Assembly (NCBI GenBank): GCA_963666345.1
Contig: OY762721.1
Span: 1,952,001-2,016,000 of the forward strand
Origin: Desulfatiglandales bacterium
Lineage (GTDB): Bacteria; Desulfobacterota; DSM-4660; Desulfatiglandales; Desulfatiglandaceae
Direction: 5' to 3'
DNA: 64,000 bases
Both the position numbers and the translations under genes were made by a program. Every line of letters starts with the position of its first letter. Within the stretch, counting starts at the first letter, position 1. This document shows positions 10,431-19,390 of the stretch, piece after piece. Below the pieces are notes generated by a model that saw only the letters and a list, made by a program, of their open reading frames with translations, was not told the DNA's origin and ran no database searches.

Positions 10431-10537
10431 TGCCGCCCGTTCGAATTGCTCGCTTGACAAATCAGGATAAAAACGGATGTTTTTTTACTCTGCCGATGCT
10501 GGCAGAGTAAAAGCTCCAATTTTGCTTCGCAAAAGGT
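10431..10537. repeat. Structured repeat type A, copy 4
   Basis: Hairpin TTTTACTCTGCC-gatgct-GGCAGAGTAAAA. Confidence 0.9.
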
Positions 10538-10693
10538 GAATGTGGCTTTTGTTTTCAGAAGTTGAGATCTGAAGATCAAGTGCCTTCTATTCCTCACAGG
10601 CACTGCAGAGAACAAGGACGAAAAACATGTGATTTCTCTGACAGTCTTTCCCTTGGAACCTTGCCCCCTGGGACCCTTGAACCCTGCTTTTTT

Positions 10694-10765
10694 AACCGCC
10701 CGCTTCGCTTGACAAAGAAGGATAAAGACAGGATGTTTTTTTGCTCTGCCGATGCCGGCAGAGCA
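10694..10765. repeat. Structured repeat type A, copy 5 (right-truncated)
   Basis: AACCGCCCGCTTCGCTTGACAAA...TGCTCTGCCGATGCCGGCAGAGCA. Confidence 0.85.
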
Positions 10766-10843
10766 CACGGCCATCTCTGCGCAGCATAGACGCCTGGGGA
10801 AAGAATCCTATATGATATAGGGTCAAATTTGCTCCTGAACCAT

Positions 10844-11245
10844 CTAAAGATCATGCTCCGATAGTTGTACCAATCCCGGGATAAACTTGAAATGTTTGTC
10901 CTTTGAATAAATTTTGTATCCGTGCTGAAAAGCAACTGAAGCAATCCATATATCGTTTGTGGGAATAGGGGTTCCAGCTTCCCTCAAATTATGCAATATT
11001 GAAGCATAAAAATCAGCACTAACCTCATCAATGAAGTGAACGACTACTCTTGGAGAATCAAGAAAAACATTAAGCTCTTCCCTGTTTTTGGTTTCATGGC
11101 GACCGCCTTTAAAACCTGAAAAAAGCTCCCCGATGCTAATGACGGAAAAACCTATCAGATCAATTTTTCTCAACGTATCGACAACATTCACTTCACCCTT
11201 CATGGCGAGTGAGTATATATTCGTGTCGATCAGAACTTTTTTCAT
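10844..11245 (-). CDS. vapC: VapC PIN-domain toxin (TA pair 2)
   Basis: VLIDTNIY, SIGEL, PIPTNDIWIA, SKDKHF. Confidence 0.92.
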   Translation of the reverse strand: MKKVLIDTNIYSLAMKGEVNVVDTLRKIDLIGFSVISIGELFSGFKGGRHETKNREELNVFLDSPRVVVHFIDEVSADFYASILHNLREAGTPIPTNDIWIASVAFQHGYKIYSKDKHFKFIPGLVQLSEHDL

Positions 11246-11502
11246 TTCCAGAGCTCCTGGTCAACTCGCCGCTCTTGGCTAATCTTCGCATGGATTTTTT
11301 CAAATTCATCATTGCTCCAACTTCCAAATAATTCATCTAGGTCATTATATTCACGCGTATATCTCTTTTCCTTTTTGAGTCCAAGGCCTTCTTTGATTAT
11401 TTCAAGGGTCAGCTGATTAACACTCTTACCTTTTTCAGCAGCAGTCTGCTTGAGCTTCTCAGCAACCTCGGCCTCAATGCCTCTAATGGTGACCGCCTTC
11501 AT
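11242..11502 (-). CDS. Ribbon-helix-helix antitoxin (VapB/FitA-like, TA pair 2)
   Basis: MKAVTIRGIE...LKQTAAEKGKSVNQL; ATGA overlap with vapC. Confidence 0.85.
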   Translation of the reverse strand: MKAVTIRGIEAEVAEKLKQTAAEKGKSVNQLTLEIIKEGLGLKKEKRYTREYNDLDELFGSWSNDEFEKIHAKISQERRVDQELWK

Positions 11503-11530
11503 AAGGGCCTCCTGATATTTCCATCAGTTT

Positions 11531-11578
11531 ATGATTGCATTTTGTAATCATTTTATGACATCACATGGTTTTTGTCAA
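11531..11578 (-). promoter_or_regulatory. Putative TA pair 2 promoter with operator palindrome
   Basis: Imperfect palindrome ATGATTGCA-ttt-TGTAATCAT (11531-11551); TTGACA on minus strand at 11573-11578. Confidence 0.5.
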
Positions 11579-11673
11579 GTACTTCGGGAAACTCGAGGGG
11601 TTGATAAAAACATGAAAAGAATCTTTAACCGCCCAGTTGGTTTTGGAACCAACAAAGACCAAAAACATTGTTT

Positions 11674-11780
11674 AACCGCCCGTTCACTGCGTTCGCTTGA
11701 CAATACAGGATAAAGACAAGATGTTTTTTTGCTCTGCCGATGCTGGCAGAGCAAACGCTCCATTTTGCTACGCAAAAGGT
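11674..11780. repeat. Structured repeat type A, copy 6
   Basis: AACCGCCCGTTCACTGCGTTCGCTTGACAA...GCTCTGCCGATGCTGGCAGAGC...CGCAAAAGGT. Confidence 0.9.
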
Positions 11781-11894
11781 GAAGGTTGGTTTTCATTTAA
11801 CCACCAATTATTTTATTGGCTGTAGGGACAATAAAATAATAAAGATCTTCCGTGCCCTTAAATTTTTAGATAGTGAGGGAGTGCCTCTGGGCAA

Positions 11895-12191
11895 TTATTT
11901 CTTTTTGAGTTCCCTTAGCTGTTCACCGAATAGTTGGTAAATATCTTTGCGATGGCCTACATAGTGAATCTGTAAGACCTTCTCGTCTTCCAGTATTTTG
12001 TAAATGATTCTATATCGTTTTGCACGCAGGGAAAGATAGCCGGAAAGTTCTTTTTCAAGGAATTTGCCTGAATAGGGCTTTTCCTGCATCTGTTCTATTT
12101 TAGACTTTATAACCGGTTTTAAGTGGGGATGTAGTTTTTTGATCTGATTACGAGAGGTTTCAGAGTAAAGCAACCTGAACTTCCGGGCCAT
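11895..12191 (-). CDS. RelE/ParE-family toxin (TA pair 3)
   Basis: PYSGKFLEKELSGYLSLRAKRYRIIY...VGHRKDIY; TAATG coupling to the antitoxin. Confidence 0.88.
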   Translation of the reverse strand: MARKFRLLYSETSRNQIKKLHPHLKPVIKSKIEQMQEKPYSGKFLEKELSGYLSLRAKRYRIIYKILEDEKVLQIHYVGHRKDIYQLFGEQLRELKKK

Positions 12192-12460
12192 TACTCCGCC
12201 CATACATCTTTATGCGTGTAGGCTTTACCGGCCTTGAAATCTTTCTCGGATGCATCCAGGGCCTTAAGAATGCCCGAATCGGAAAGGATCTCGATTGTCT
12301 CTAGTAGCCCGACGTAACGGTCCGGTGTTAACATAACACCAACGGCTACCCCGTTTTTCGTCACCGTAATAGTAGAGTCCTCATCCGTCATATCCTTGAT
12401 GATATCAAGAAAATTCTTTTTTACAGTTGTTACCGGTATAATTTTTTGAATATCATCCAT
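12191..12460 (-). CDS. Phd/YefM antitoxin (TA pair 3)
   Basis: IPVTTVKKNF...ITVTKNGVAVGVML...LLETIEILSD. Confidence 0.88.
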   Translation of the reverse strand: MDDIQKIIPVTTVKKNFLDIIKDMTDEDSTITVTKNGVAVGVMLTPDRYVGLLETIEILSDSGILKALDASEKDFKAGKAYTHKDVWAE

Positions 12461-12606
12461 TTAGAAATTTCCCCTATGAATTATAATGACCATAATAATT
12501 TCAAGTTCTTATAAAGTCAATATGGAAGGGCATTGAGAATATTAGGAAATCAGGTCTAATTTTTGGTTCGATCGGATATCAGAAAACAGAAGAACAAATT
12601 TTAATT

Positions 12607-12704
12607 AACCGCCCGTTTCGCTTGACAACACAGGATAAGGACAGGATGTTTTTTTACTCTGCCGACCCTGGCAGAGCAAAAGCTCCATTTGCTTCGCAAA
12701 GGTT
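12607..12704. repeat. Structured repeat type A, copy 7
   Basis: Consensus match; hairpin TACTCTGCC-gaccct-GGCAGAGCA. Confidence 0.9.
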
Positions 12705-12799
12705 GAGGTTGGGTTTTCATTTAAGCGCCAGGGGAAATTCAATCATCAATTACTTCATCAGCTGCTGAAGCAACAAAAAGAAAAGAAGAATTGTTGTTT

Positions 12800-12872
12800 A
12801 ACCGCCCGTTCGCGTTGCTCACTTGATTAACGGGACGGGGCAGGATGTTTTTCCTCGGGCGATGTTCCCCCG
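12800..12872. repeat. Structured repeat type B, copy 8 (truncated)
   Basis: AACCGCCCGTTCGCGTTGCTCACTTGATTAACGGGAC...TTTTCCTCGGGCGATGTTCCCC. Confidence 0.85.
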
Positions 12873-13000
12873 GTCTCCACTTATGCATGGCACTAAAAAT
12901 GGGTAATTTACAGTTCTTACATTGGCAGGGAATACAATTATTTCATGGAAAAGGTTTTATTATGGTGCAATTTGCCTCGGGCGCCAAATTCTTCAGTCAC

Positions 13001-14482
13001 CTAATCACCCAGTAGCAGGAGTAGGATGGACGACAGGACGCCGTTATTCAAAGCCACTCTTTTGACACCCATGCCAATGCACTGTGAGCCCCACTTTTCA
13101 CTGTCATTAAATTCGCTGTTCACAAAAATAAATGTTTGGCCATCTTCACTCAGAATCCCTGCACCGCTTTCTTCATCTGGAGTGCCCGGATCAAATGTGA
13201 TGGTGATAGTGCCGTCGGATGAAATCGAATAAATGCCGCTCTCAGTGCCACTACCGGAAGTAAATGTTGTTGAAAATGTGTTGTTGCCTTCAAGATCGTC
13301 CCCAATCTGCCTGTTCAATTCATCCTCTTTCGTACAGCTGCCGGTAAAAGTCCCGTCTGACATAAAAGTGAACGTCTCTTTCATGATCAAAACCTTGTCA
13401 TTGACACCCCATGAACCCACAGCACCACCATGAAATGCGCTCTCAAATTCATGAATTTCATATACCGTGTCATCGGGAAAATACTGCGAGAAACCACTCC
13501 CCTTTTTGACACCCATGCCAATGCACTGTGAGCCCCACTTTTCACTGTCATTAAATTCGCTGTTCACAAAAATAAATGTTTGGCCATCTTCACTCAGAAT
13601 CCCTGCACCGCTTTCTTCATCTGGAGTGCCCGGATCAAATGTGATGGTGATAGTGCCGTCGGATGAAATCGAATAAATGCCGCTCTCAGTGCCACTACCG
13701 GAAGTAAATGTTGTTGAAAATGTGTTGTTGCCTTCAAGATCGTCCCCAATCTGCCTGTTCAATTCATCCTCTTTCGTACAGCTGCCGGTAAAAGTCCCGT
13801 CTGACATAAAAGTGAACGTCTCTTTCATGATCAAAACCTTGTCATTGACACCCCATGAACCCACAGCACCACCATGAAATGCGCTCTCAAATTCATGAAT
13901 TTCATATACCGTGTCATCGGGAAAATACTGCGAGAAACCACTCCCCTTTTTGACACCCATACCAATGCACAGTGAGCCCCACTTTTCACTGTCACTAAAT
14001 TCGCTGTTCACAAAAATAAATGTTTGGCCATCTTCACTCAGAATCCCTGCACCGCTTTCTTCATCTGGAGTGCCCGGATCAAATGTGATGGTGATAGTGC
14101 CGTCGGATGAAATCGAATAAATGCCGCTCTCAGTGCCACTACCGGAAGTAAATGTTGTTGAAAATGTGTTGTTGCCTTCAGAATCATCCCCAATCTGCCT
14201 ATTCAATTCATCCTCTTTCGTACAGCTGCCGGTAAAAGTCCCGTCTGACATAAAAGTGAACGTCTCTTTCATGATCAAAACCTGGTCATTGGCACCCCAT
14301 GCACCCTCAGCACCCCCATGAAATCCGCTCTCAAATTCATGAATTTCATATACCGTGTCGTCGGGAAAATACCTGCTGAATGCCAATGAGTATGAGGCTG
14401 GAATTTCAAATCCAATAATAAGCAGCAACGCAAAGCTCAGTATAAAAAGTCTTTTCAATAGAAAGTTTTTAGTATTATCCAA
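13001..14482 (-). CDS. Secreted protein with three near-identical 148-aa domains and hydrophobic C-terminal tail
   Basis: Signal peptide; 444-bp DNA period (13233/13677/14121); ends GVLSSILLLLLGD; GGAG RBS before TTG start. Confidence 0.8.
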   Translation of the reverse strand: MDNTKNFLLKRLFILSFALLLIIGFEIPASYSLAFSRYFPDDTVYEIHEFESGFHGGAEGAWGANDQVLIMKETFTFMSDGTFTGSCTKEDELNRQIGDDSEGNNTFSTTFTSGSGTESGIYSISSDGTITITFDPGTPDEESGAGILSEDGQTFIFVNSEFSDSEKWGSLCIGMGVKKGSGFSQYFPDDTVYEIHEFESAFHGGAVGSWGVNDKVLIMKETFTFMSDGTFTGSCTKEDELNRQIGDDLEGNNTFSTTFTSGSGTESGIYSISSDGTITITFDPGTPDEESGAGILSEDGQTFIFVNSEFNDSEKWGSQCIGMGVKKGSGFSQYFPDDTVYEIHEFESAFHGGAVGSWGVNDKVLIMKETFTFMSDGTFTGSCTKEDELNRQIGDDLEGNNTFSTTFTSGSGTESGIYSISSDGTITITFDPGTPDEESGAGILSEDGQTFIFVNSEFNDSEKWGSQCIGMGVKRVALNNGVLSSILLLLLGD

Positions 14483-14662
14483 CCTTAGCTCCTTTCTTTC
14501 ATATTGTATTTAATCCAACAGAATAATCACAATCCATTTTTTTTATAACTGATAGGTCAAATAAATTATTGAGGAACATTATGAAATAATTTTATCCAAT
14601 ATTTAATCATAGCAAGAAATTCGATATTAGAACTTAGCTTTTCAATTTTCATATTTTTTAGA

Positions 14663-15652
14663 TCAAGTATTATAACCTTCCGGATGTTTTTTGTGCCATC
14701 CCCAGGCGGTTTCAATAATAGTCTCAAGGTCTGCAAACCGGGGCTTCCACCCCAGCTCCTTAATTGCTTTATCTCCCGAACCAATAAGCGTAGCAGGGTC
14801 CCCTGGTCTTCGGCTTACGACTTTTGACGGAATCATTTCACCCGTAACATTTTGGCTTACATCGATTATTTCCTTAACCGTGTAACCAACACCATTCCCC
14901 AAGTTGTACTTTCCTCCGGAAAGCCCATTTAAAAGCCCTTCCAATGCAAGCAGATGTGCTGAGGCCAGGTCATATATATGGATGTAGTCGCGGACGCATG
15001 TGCCGTCTCTTGTGGGGTAGTCATCGCCGAAAACATTGACCTGCTTACGTTGCCCCAAGGCCGTTTTGAGGACCAATGGAATAATATGAGTCTCGGGGTC
15101 GTGATCTTCTCCTATTTCACCGTCAGGGTCTGCTCCTGCTGCATTAAAATAGCGCAGAGAAATGTAATTTAATCCGTAGGCTTCTGAAAAATCTTTCAAA
15201 ACAGCCTCTACCATGAGCTTGCTTCGTCCATAAGGGTTAACAGGCACGCACTGGTGGGTTTCAAAGATTGGGTTATCTAACGGCTCACCATATACCGCTG
15301 CCGTAGATGAAAAAATGAAATTCTTCACACCATGATCAATCATGCCTTTAAGAAGTGTGACTGTAGAGCCCACATTATTTCTATAGTACAGAACCGGATC
15401 TGTGACTGATTCTCCAACATTGATATAGGCAGCGAAGTGCATAACAGCACTGATGCGGTTATCGGTAAATAATTGAGAAAGGAGTTCTTTGTCATCCATA
15501 TTCCCCTTAACCAAGCTGCCCCATTTCACGGCCTGAGCGTGACCCCGGCTTAGATCGTCAAGCACAATAGGCAAATAGCCGCTTTCTGACAGCTTCTTGC
15601 ACATGTGAGAGCCGATATAGCCGGCCCCGCCTACAACCAGGATTTTTTTCAT
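14663..15652 (-). CDS. galE: UDP-glucose 4-epimerase
   Basis: GGAGYIGSH, HFAAYINVGES, NPYGRSK, LRYFNAAGA, DGTCVRDYIH. Confidence 0.93.
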   Translation of the reverse strand: MKKILVVGGAGYIGSHMCKKLSESGYLPIVLDDLSRGHAQAVKWGSLVKGNMDDKELLSQLFTDNRISAVMHFAAYINVGESVTDPVLYYRNNVGSTVTLLKGMIDHGVKNFIFSSTAAVYGEPLDNPIFETHQCVPVNPYGRSKLMVEAVLKDFSEAYGLNYISLRYFNAAGADPDGEIGEDHDPETHIIPLVLKTALGQRKQVNVFGDDYPTRDGTCVRDYIHIYDLASAHLLALEGLLNGLSGGKYNLGNGVGYTVKEIIDVSQNVTGEMIPSKVVSRRPGDPATLIGSGDKAIKELGWKPRFADLETIIETAWGWHKKHPEGYNT

Positions 15653-15748
15653 ACCTTATAATTCGTTTTTTAATTAAGCATCCTAGACAGCAACTTCACC
15701 ATCTCGATTTCCAAACAAGTCTATAAATTAAAGATCATATGTAGGAAT

Positions 15749-16969
15749 TCAGCTGCGCCTCCAGAATTTGACTCCCTTTACCAGTTCATTATATCTGTCA
15801 GGGTCCTGCGTTTTTACCTTGAAGACGAATTCTTTTATAAAGGCAAGAAATATGGCTGTGAAAAACCCCACTACAGTGGAAAGGATCACTATCATCTTTT
15901 TTTTAGGAGCAGACCTTGTGTCAGGAGGAACTGCTTTATCAAGCACCTGGATTGTGTTCATATCCTTGGCCTCTTCGATTTTGGCCATCTCGTATTGACT
16001 GGTAAGGAGTTCGAATACCTGCTCCTGGATCTTTGCCTCACGCATCAGCCTTGCCAGCCTCATGCCGAGGTCAGGAAGCTCCTTAAAGGGGATATAGAAG
16101 TTGTCGGCATTTTTTTCAGGGTTTCCTGATTCTATCTTTGCAAGTTGTTTCCGGAGCTCCTCTATCTTTGATTTGAGCATTATAGCTTCATTCTGTTTTT
16201 CAGTACCGAACTTCTTTAAGACTTCAAACTCGGTCTGAGCGGCGATGATCTCTCCCTTTAATGTGGCTGCACCTTCAATGGAGGCCTTTGCCTGCTCATT
16301 AATGGATACAAGATTGTATTTCTCCTGAAACGCCTGGAGACCGGTTTCTGCATTTATTAAATCCTTTTTGGCCTTTTCAAGCCTTTCTTCAAGAAACACC
16401 CTCTTACGCTGGCCTTCAGTAACAAGCACGGTCCTGTTTATCTGATCCAGAGCCTCAACATAGATATTGGCCATGGCTGCAGCCCTTTTCGGGTCCTCTT
16501 CCTCTACTGACACACTTATGATCCCTGTGTCCTTTGAAACATTTATTTTAGTGATTTCTGAAAGCTTATTGTAGACAGGGGAAATGTATTCCGCTTCCCA
16601 CAGTTTTTTGAGATCGAATTTATTGATCAGGACATCGGCCACTGAGCGGCTTTTCATGATCCCGACATAAACATCCGAGCTTGACTGTCCCCCCCCCAAC
16701 AGCCCTGATGCAAGCCCTCCGAAGGCACCTCCCGCCTGAGAAAGGAAAGAGGAAATTCCAGATTTTTGCTGTTGTGGCGGAAGGATTCGAGCAGTTGCAG
16801 TAAATTTCTCAGGCAGATAGAGGCTGTAGCAGACAGAGAAGACTATCGCGATCAAGGTAATCCAGAAGATGAGCCATTTCCTTTTCAGGAGGACGAGTAA
16901 AAGGTCAAGGAGGTTTATTTCGTCTTCCATGCACTCAGGCGGGATGTTATTTGGATCTGTGGGGTTCAT
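15749..16969 (-). CDS. Wzz/Wzc-like polysaccharide co-polymerase (no kinase domain)
   Basis: EDEINLLDLL N-terminus, two TM segments, coiled coil, IQVLDKAVPP..SAPKK. Confidence 0.88.
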   Translation of the reverse strand: MNPTDPNNIPPECMEDEINLLDLLLVLLKRKWLIFWITLIAIVFSVCYSLYLPEKFTATARILPPQQQKSGISSFLSQAGGAFGGLASGLLGGGQSSSDVYVGIMKSRSVADVLINKFDLKKLWEAEYISPVYNKLSEITKINVSKDTGIISVSVEEEDPKRAAAMANIYVEALDQINRTVLVTEGQRKRVFLEERLEKAKKDLINAETGLQAFQEKYNLVSINEQAKASIEGAATLKGEIIAAQTEFEVLKKFGTEKQNEAIMLKSKIEELRKQLAKIESGNPEKNADNFYIPFKELPDLGMRLARLMREAKIQEQVFELLTSQYEMAKIEEAKDMNTIQVLDKAVPPDTRSAPKKKMIVILSTVVGFFTAIFLAFIKEFVFKVKTQDPDRYNELVKGVKFWRRS

Positions 16970-17049
16970 AACCGGACCTCATGATTGGATTTTTTGTTTT
17001 ATTTTTAAACGCCTGTGAGCATTGAGAGAAGAAGAATTCTTGTTTTTTT

Positions 17050-17154
17050 AACCGCCCGTTCACTGCGTTTACTTGATTAAAGGGACAAAAGCAGGATGTT
17101 TTTTTACTCTGCCGATGTTGGCAGAGCAAAAGCTTCATTTGCTTCGCAAAAGGT
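17050..17154. repeat. Structured repeat type A, copy 9
   Basis: Consensus match. Confidence 0.9.
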
Positions 17155-17374
17155 GAGCAGTAGTTTCAATTTCAGTAGTTGAGGTCTAAAGTCCAAATGC
17201 CTTTTGTTTCTCACAGAGACCACAGAGGGCACAGAGAAAAAACATGCTGTTTCTTCGACAGCGGTTCACTTGGCCCCTTGAAACTGGGAACCCGCTGCGA
17301 AGCTGTGGGACTGAGCGGAGCGTAAGCGGAGCAAAGAATCCTCGACCCCTGGAAACCTTGGACCCTGATTTCTT

Positions 17375-17470
17375 AACCGCCCGTTCACTGCGTTCACTTG
17401 ATTAGCTGGACAGGGCAGGATGGTTTTCCTCGGGCGATGCTCCCCTGGGGAAAGCTTTCAATGCTTGAGC
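17375..17470. repeat. Structured repeat type B, copy 10
   Basis: AACCGCCCGTTCACTGCGTTCACTTGATT...TTTTCCTCGGGCGATGCTCCCCTGGGGAAAG. Confidence 0.88.
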
Positions 17471-17577
17471 ATTATTTTATAGCGGTGTACATAAAACTTC
17501 TTCTGTAACGTTGATCAAACGATGGCAAAGCTTGAGGCGATGTGTTGATTAAACCGATAAAAGACAAAAGAGTGTTT

Positions 17578-17678
17578 GACCGCCCGCTTCGCTTGACAAA
17601 ACAGGATGGAAACGGATGTGACCTCTTTTTGCTCTGCCGATGCTGGCAGAGCAAAAGCTCCAATTCCTGCGTAAAGGT
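17578..17678. repeat. Structured repeat type A, copy 11
   Basis: Consensus match, hairpin TTTTGCTCTGCC-gatgct-GGCAGAGCAAAA. Confidence 0.9.
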
Positions 17679-17716
17679 GTAAGGTCAACTTTCTTTTCGA
17701 GTCTTACTGGAACGGG

Positions 17717-18022
17717 TTAGGTTTTTTGATTTTTTGAAAGAATGCGGAATGTTTCTTCATATATGATTCTTCTAGGGCCTATGGCGACAATTTCTATCTG
17801 CCGCCTTTTTGGGCGGATACGGTATATGATTCGATATCTTTTAACGCGATAACTTCTCAGACCTTTAAGCTCATCCTTGAGGGCCTTTCCACCGTATGGA
17901 TTCCCGATTATGTTTTTCAAACCGGATCGGATGTGCAATTTGATCATTGGATGAAGCTTCTTTAAAACAGAAGCAATATCGTCCGGGACCCTCGGGACAA
18001 ATTTACCTTCGTCCGTGATCAT
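17717..18022 (-). CDS. RelE/ParE-family toxin (TA pair 4)
   Basis: NPYGGKALKDELKGLRSYRVKRYRIIY...IGPRRIIY. Confidence 0.88.
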   Translation of the reverse strand: MITDEGKFVPRVPDDIASVLKKLHPMIKLHIRSGLKNIIGNPYGGKALKDELKGLRSYRVKRYRIIYRIRPKRRQIEIVAIGPRRIIYEETFRILSKNQKT

Positions 18023-18285
18023 GATTCGGGCAACAGTTCCTCCAGGCCGTATAGGGCCGCTCTGCCTTTTTTCAGTGATTCCAGACCACTTTCAATTTCC
18101 TCCATAAAATTGGAGTCGAATCGAATCTTGATGGTCTCCCGCCAGCTTTCAAATTCATCCGGGCTCACCATTACAGCAACAGGTCGGCCGTTTTTTGTAA
18201 TGATTACCTCTTCATCGGTCTGCTTTACGGAATCGACCAATGCGCTCAGTTTCATCTTGGCTTCCGACACGGACATAGTATTCAT
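18019..18285 (-). CDS. Phd/YefM antitoxin (TA pair 4)
   Basis: MSVSEAKMKLSALVD...VIITKNGRPVAVMVS; ATGA overlap. Confidence 0.92.
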   Translation of the reverse strand: MNTMSVSEAKMKLSALVDSVKQTDEEVIITKNGRPVAVMVSPDEFESWRETIKIRFDSNFMEEIESGLESLKKGRAALYGLEELLPES

Positions 18286-18305
18286 AATATAGAACCTTAT
18301 ATAGG

Positions 18306-18354
18306 TTGACTTAAATTATAGTCAATATATAAGCTTTTTTAAAATGACTGTCAA
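18306..18354 (-). promoter_or_regulatory. Putative TA pair 4 promoter/operator
   Basis: Palindrome TTGACT-taaattat-AGTCAA (18306-18325); TTGACA on minus strand at 18349-18354. Confidence 0.5.
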
Positions 18355-18419
18355 GAATACCGAGGCGAGTAACCGCCCTGTTGGTTCTGAAATCAGCACA
18401 GAAAAAAAGAATTTTTGTT

Positions 18420-18527
18420 AGCCGCCCGTTCACTGCGTTCACTTGACAAAACAGGATAAAAACGGATGAAAAGATTTTTACTCTGCCGACATGGCAGAGT
18501 AAAAGCTTCGTTTGCTTCGCAAAGGGT
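18420..18527. repeat. Structured repeat type A, copy 12
   Basis: Consensus match; hairpin TTTTACTCTGCC-gacat-GGCAGAGTAAAA. Confidence 0.9.
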
Positions 18528-18674
18528 GGCTGGTTGTTCCTTTTCCAACTCCCAAAAAAAATCGATCACCATTCACCGGTTACTGGGATAACAAAAAAAA
18601 TAAAAGATCTTCTATGTGATTAGCTTCTTTCCCTTGGCTCCTCGACTCCTGGAACCCTTGGACCCTGTCTTATT

Positions 18675-18712
18675 AACCACCCGCTTCGCTGGCAAAACAA
18701 GATATAAACGAG
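18675..18712. repeat. Structured repeat, left-arm fragment (copy 13)
   Basis: AACCACCCGCTTCGCTGGCAAAACAAGATATAAACG resembles the left arm. Confidence 0.6.
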
Positions 18713-18730
18713 TGGTTACACCCCATAATA

Positions 18731-19354
18731 TCACCTGGAGTTTGGAAGCATAAGGTGGCCCTTCTCCACCAGGTAGCCGAGTATTTTCATGGCCCCCTCC
18801 TGGGGAGTCAATTCTGCTGTCTTTATAACAAGCTCGGGATTAACAGGTGCCTCATAAGGGTCATCGATTCCGGTAAAGCCCTTTATCTCTCCTTTGCGTG
18901 CCTTCTTGTACAAACCCTTTGGGTCCCTCTTTTCACATACGTCAATAGGGGCATCTATAAATATTTCCATAAAAAACAGTCCGGCTTCATCATGTATCTT
19001 TCTTGCTATTTCACGGTCCTTTGCATATGGTGAAATGAAGCTGGTCATGGTTATGAAGCCTGCGTCTGCGAAAAGTTTAGCGACCTCTCCTATACGGCGT
19101 ATATTTTCCTCACGGTCTTCAGCTGAAAAACCCAGGTTCTTGTTCAGTCCATGTCTGACATTATCTCCGTCAAGGACATATGCAAGTCTGTCTCTTTGAA
19201 CAAGGGCATGCTCAAGGGTAAATGCCAGGGTGCTTTTGCCTGATGCACTAAGGCCAGTCATCCAGATAGTGCAGCCCCTTTGTTGGAGCAGATTCTCACG
19301 TAATTCACGGTTTACATGTCCCTCATGCCAAATGATATTATTCGCTATCTGCAT
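18731..19354 (-). CDS. cysC: Adenylyl-sulfate kinase
   Basis: WMTGLSASGKSTLA, LDGDNVRHGL, RDPKGLYKKAR, FTGIDDPYEAP. Confidence 0.95.
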   Translation of the reverse strand: MQIANNIIWHEGHVNRELRENLLQQRGCTIWMTGLSASGKSTLAFTLEHALVQRDRLAYVLDGDNVRHGLNKNLGFSAEDREENIRRIGEVAKLFADAGFITMTSFISPYAKDREIARKIHDEAGLFFMEIFIDAPIDVCEKRDPKGLYKKARKGEIKGFTGIDDPYEAPVNPELVIKTAELTPQEGAMKILGYLVEKGHLMLPNSR

Positions 19355-19390
19355 TGATATTCACCTATTAAATTTTGCTAGAAAAGGTTT

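Noticed and set aside
13026..14321. Six repeated plus-strand ORFs
   Set aside because: Antisense shadows of the 444-bp coding repeat on the minus strand.
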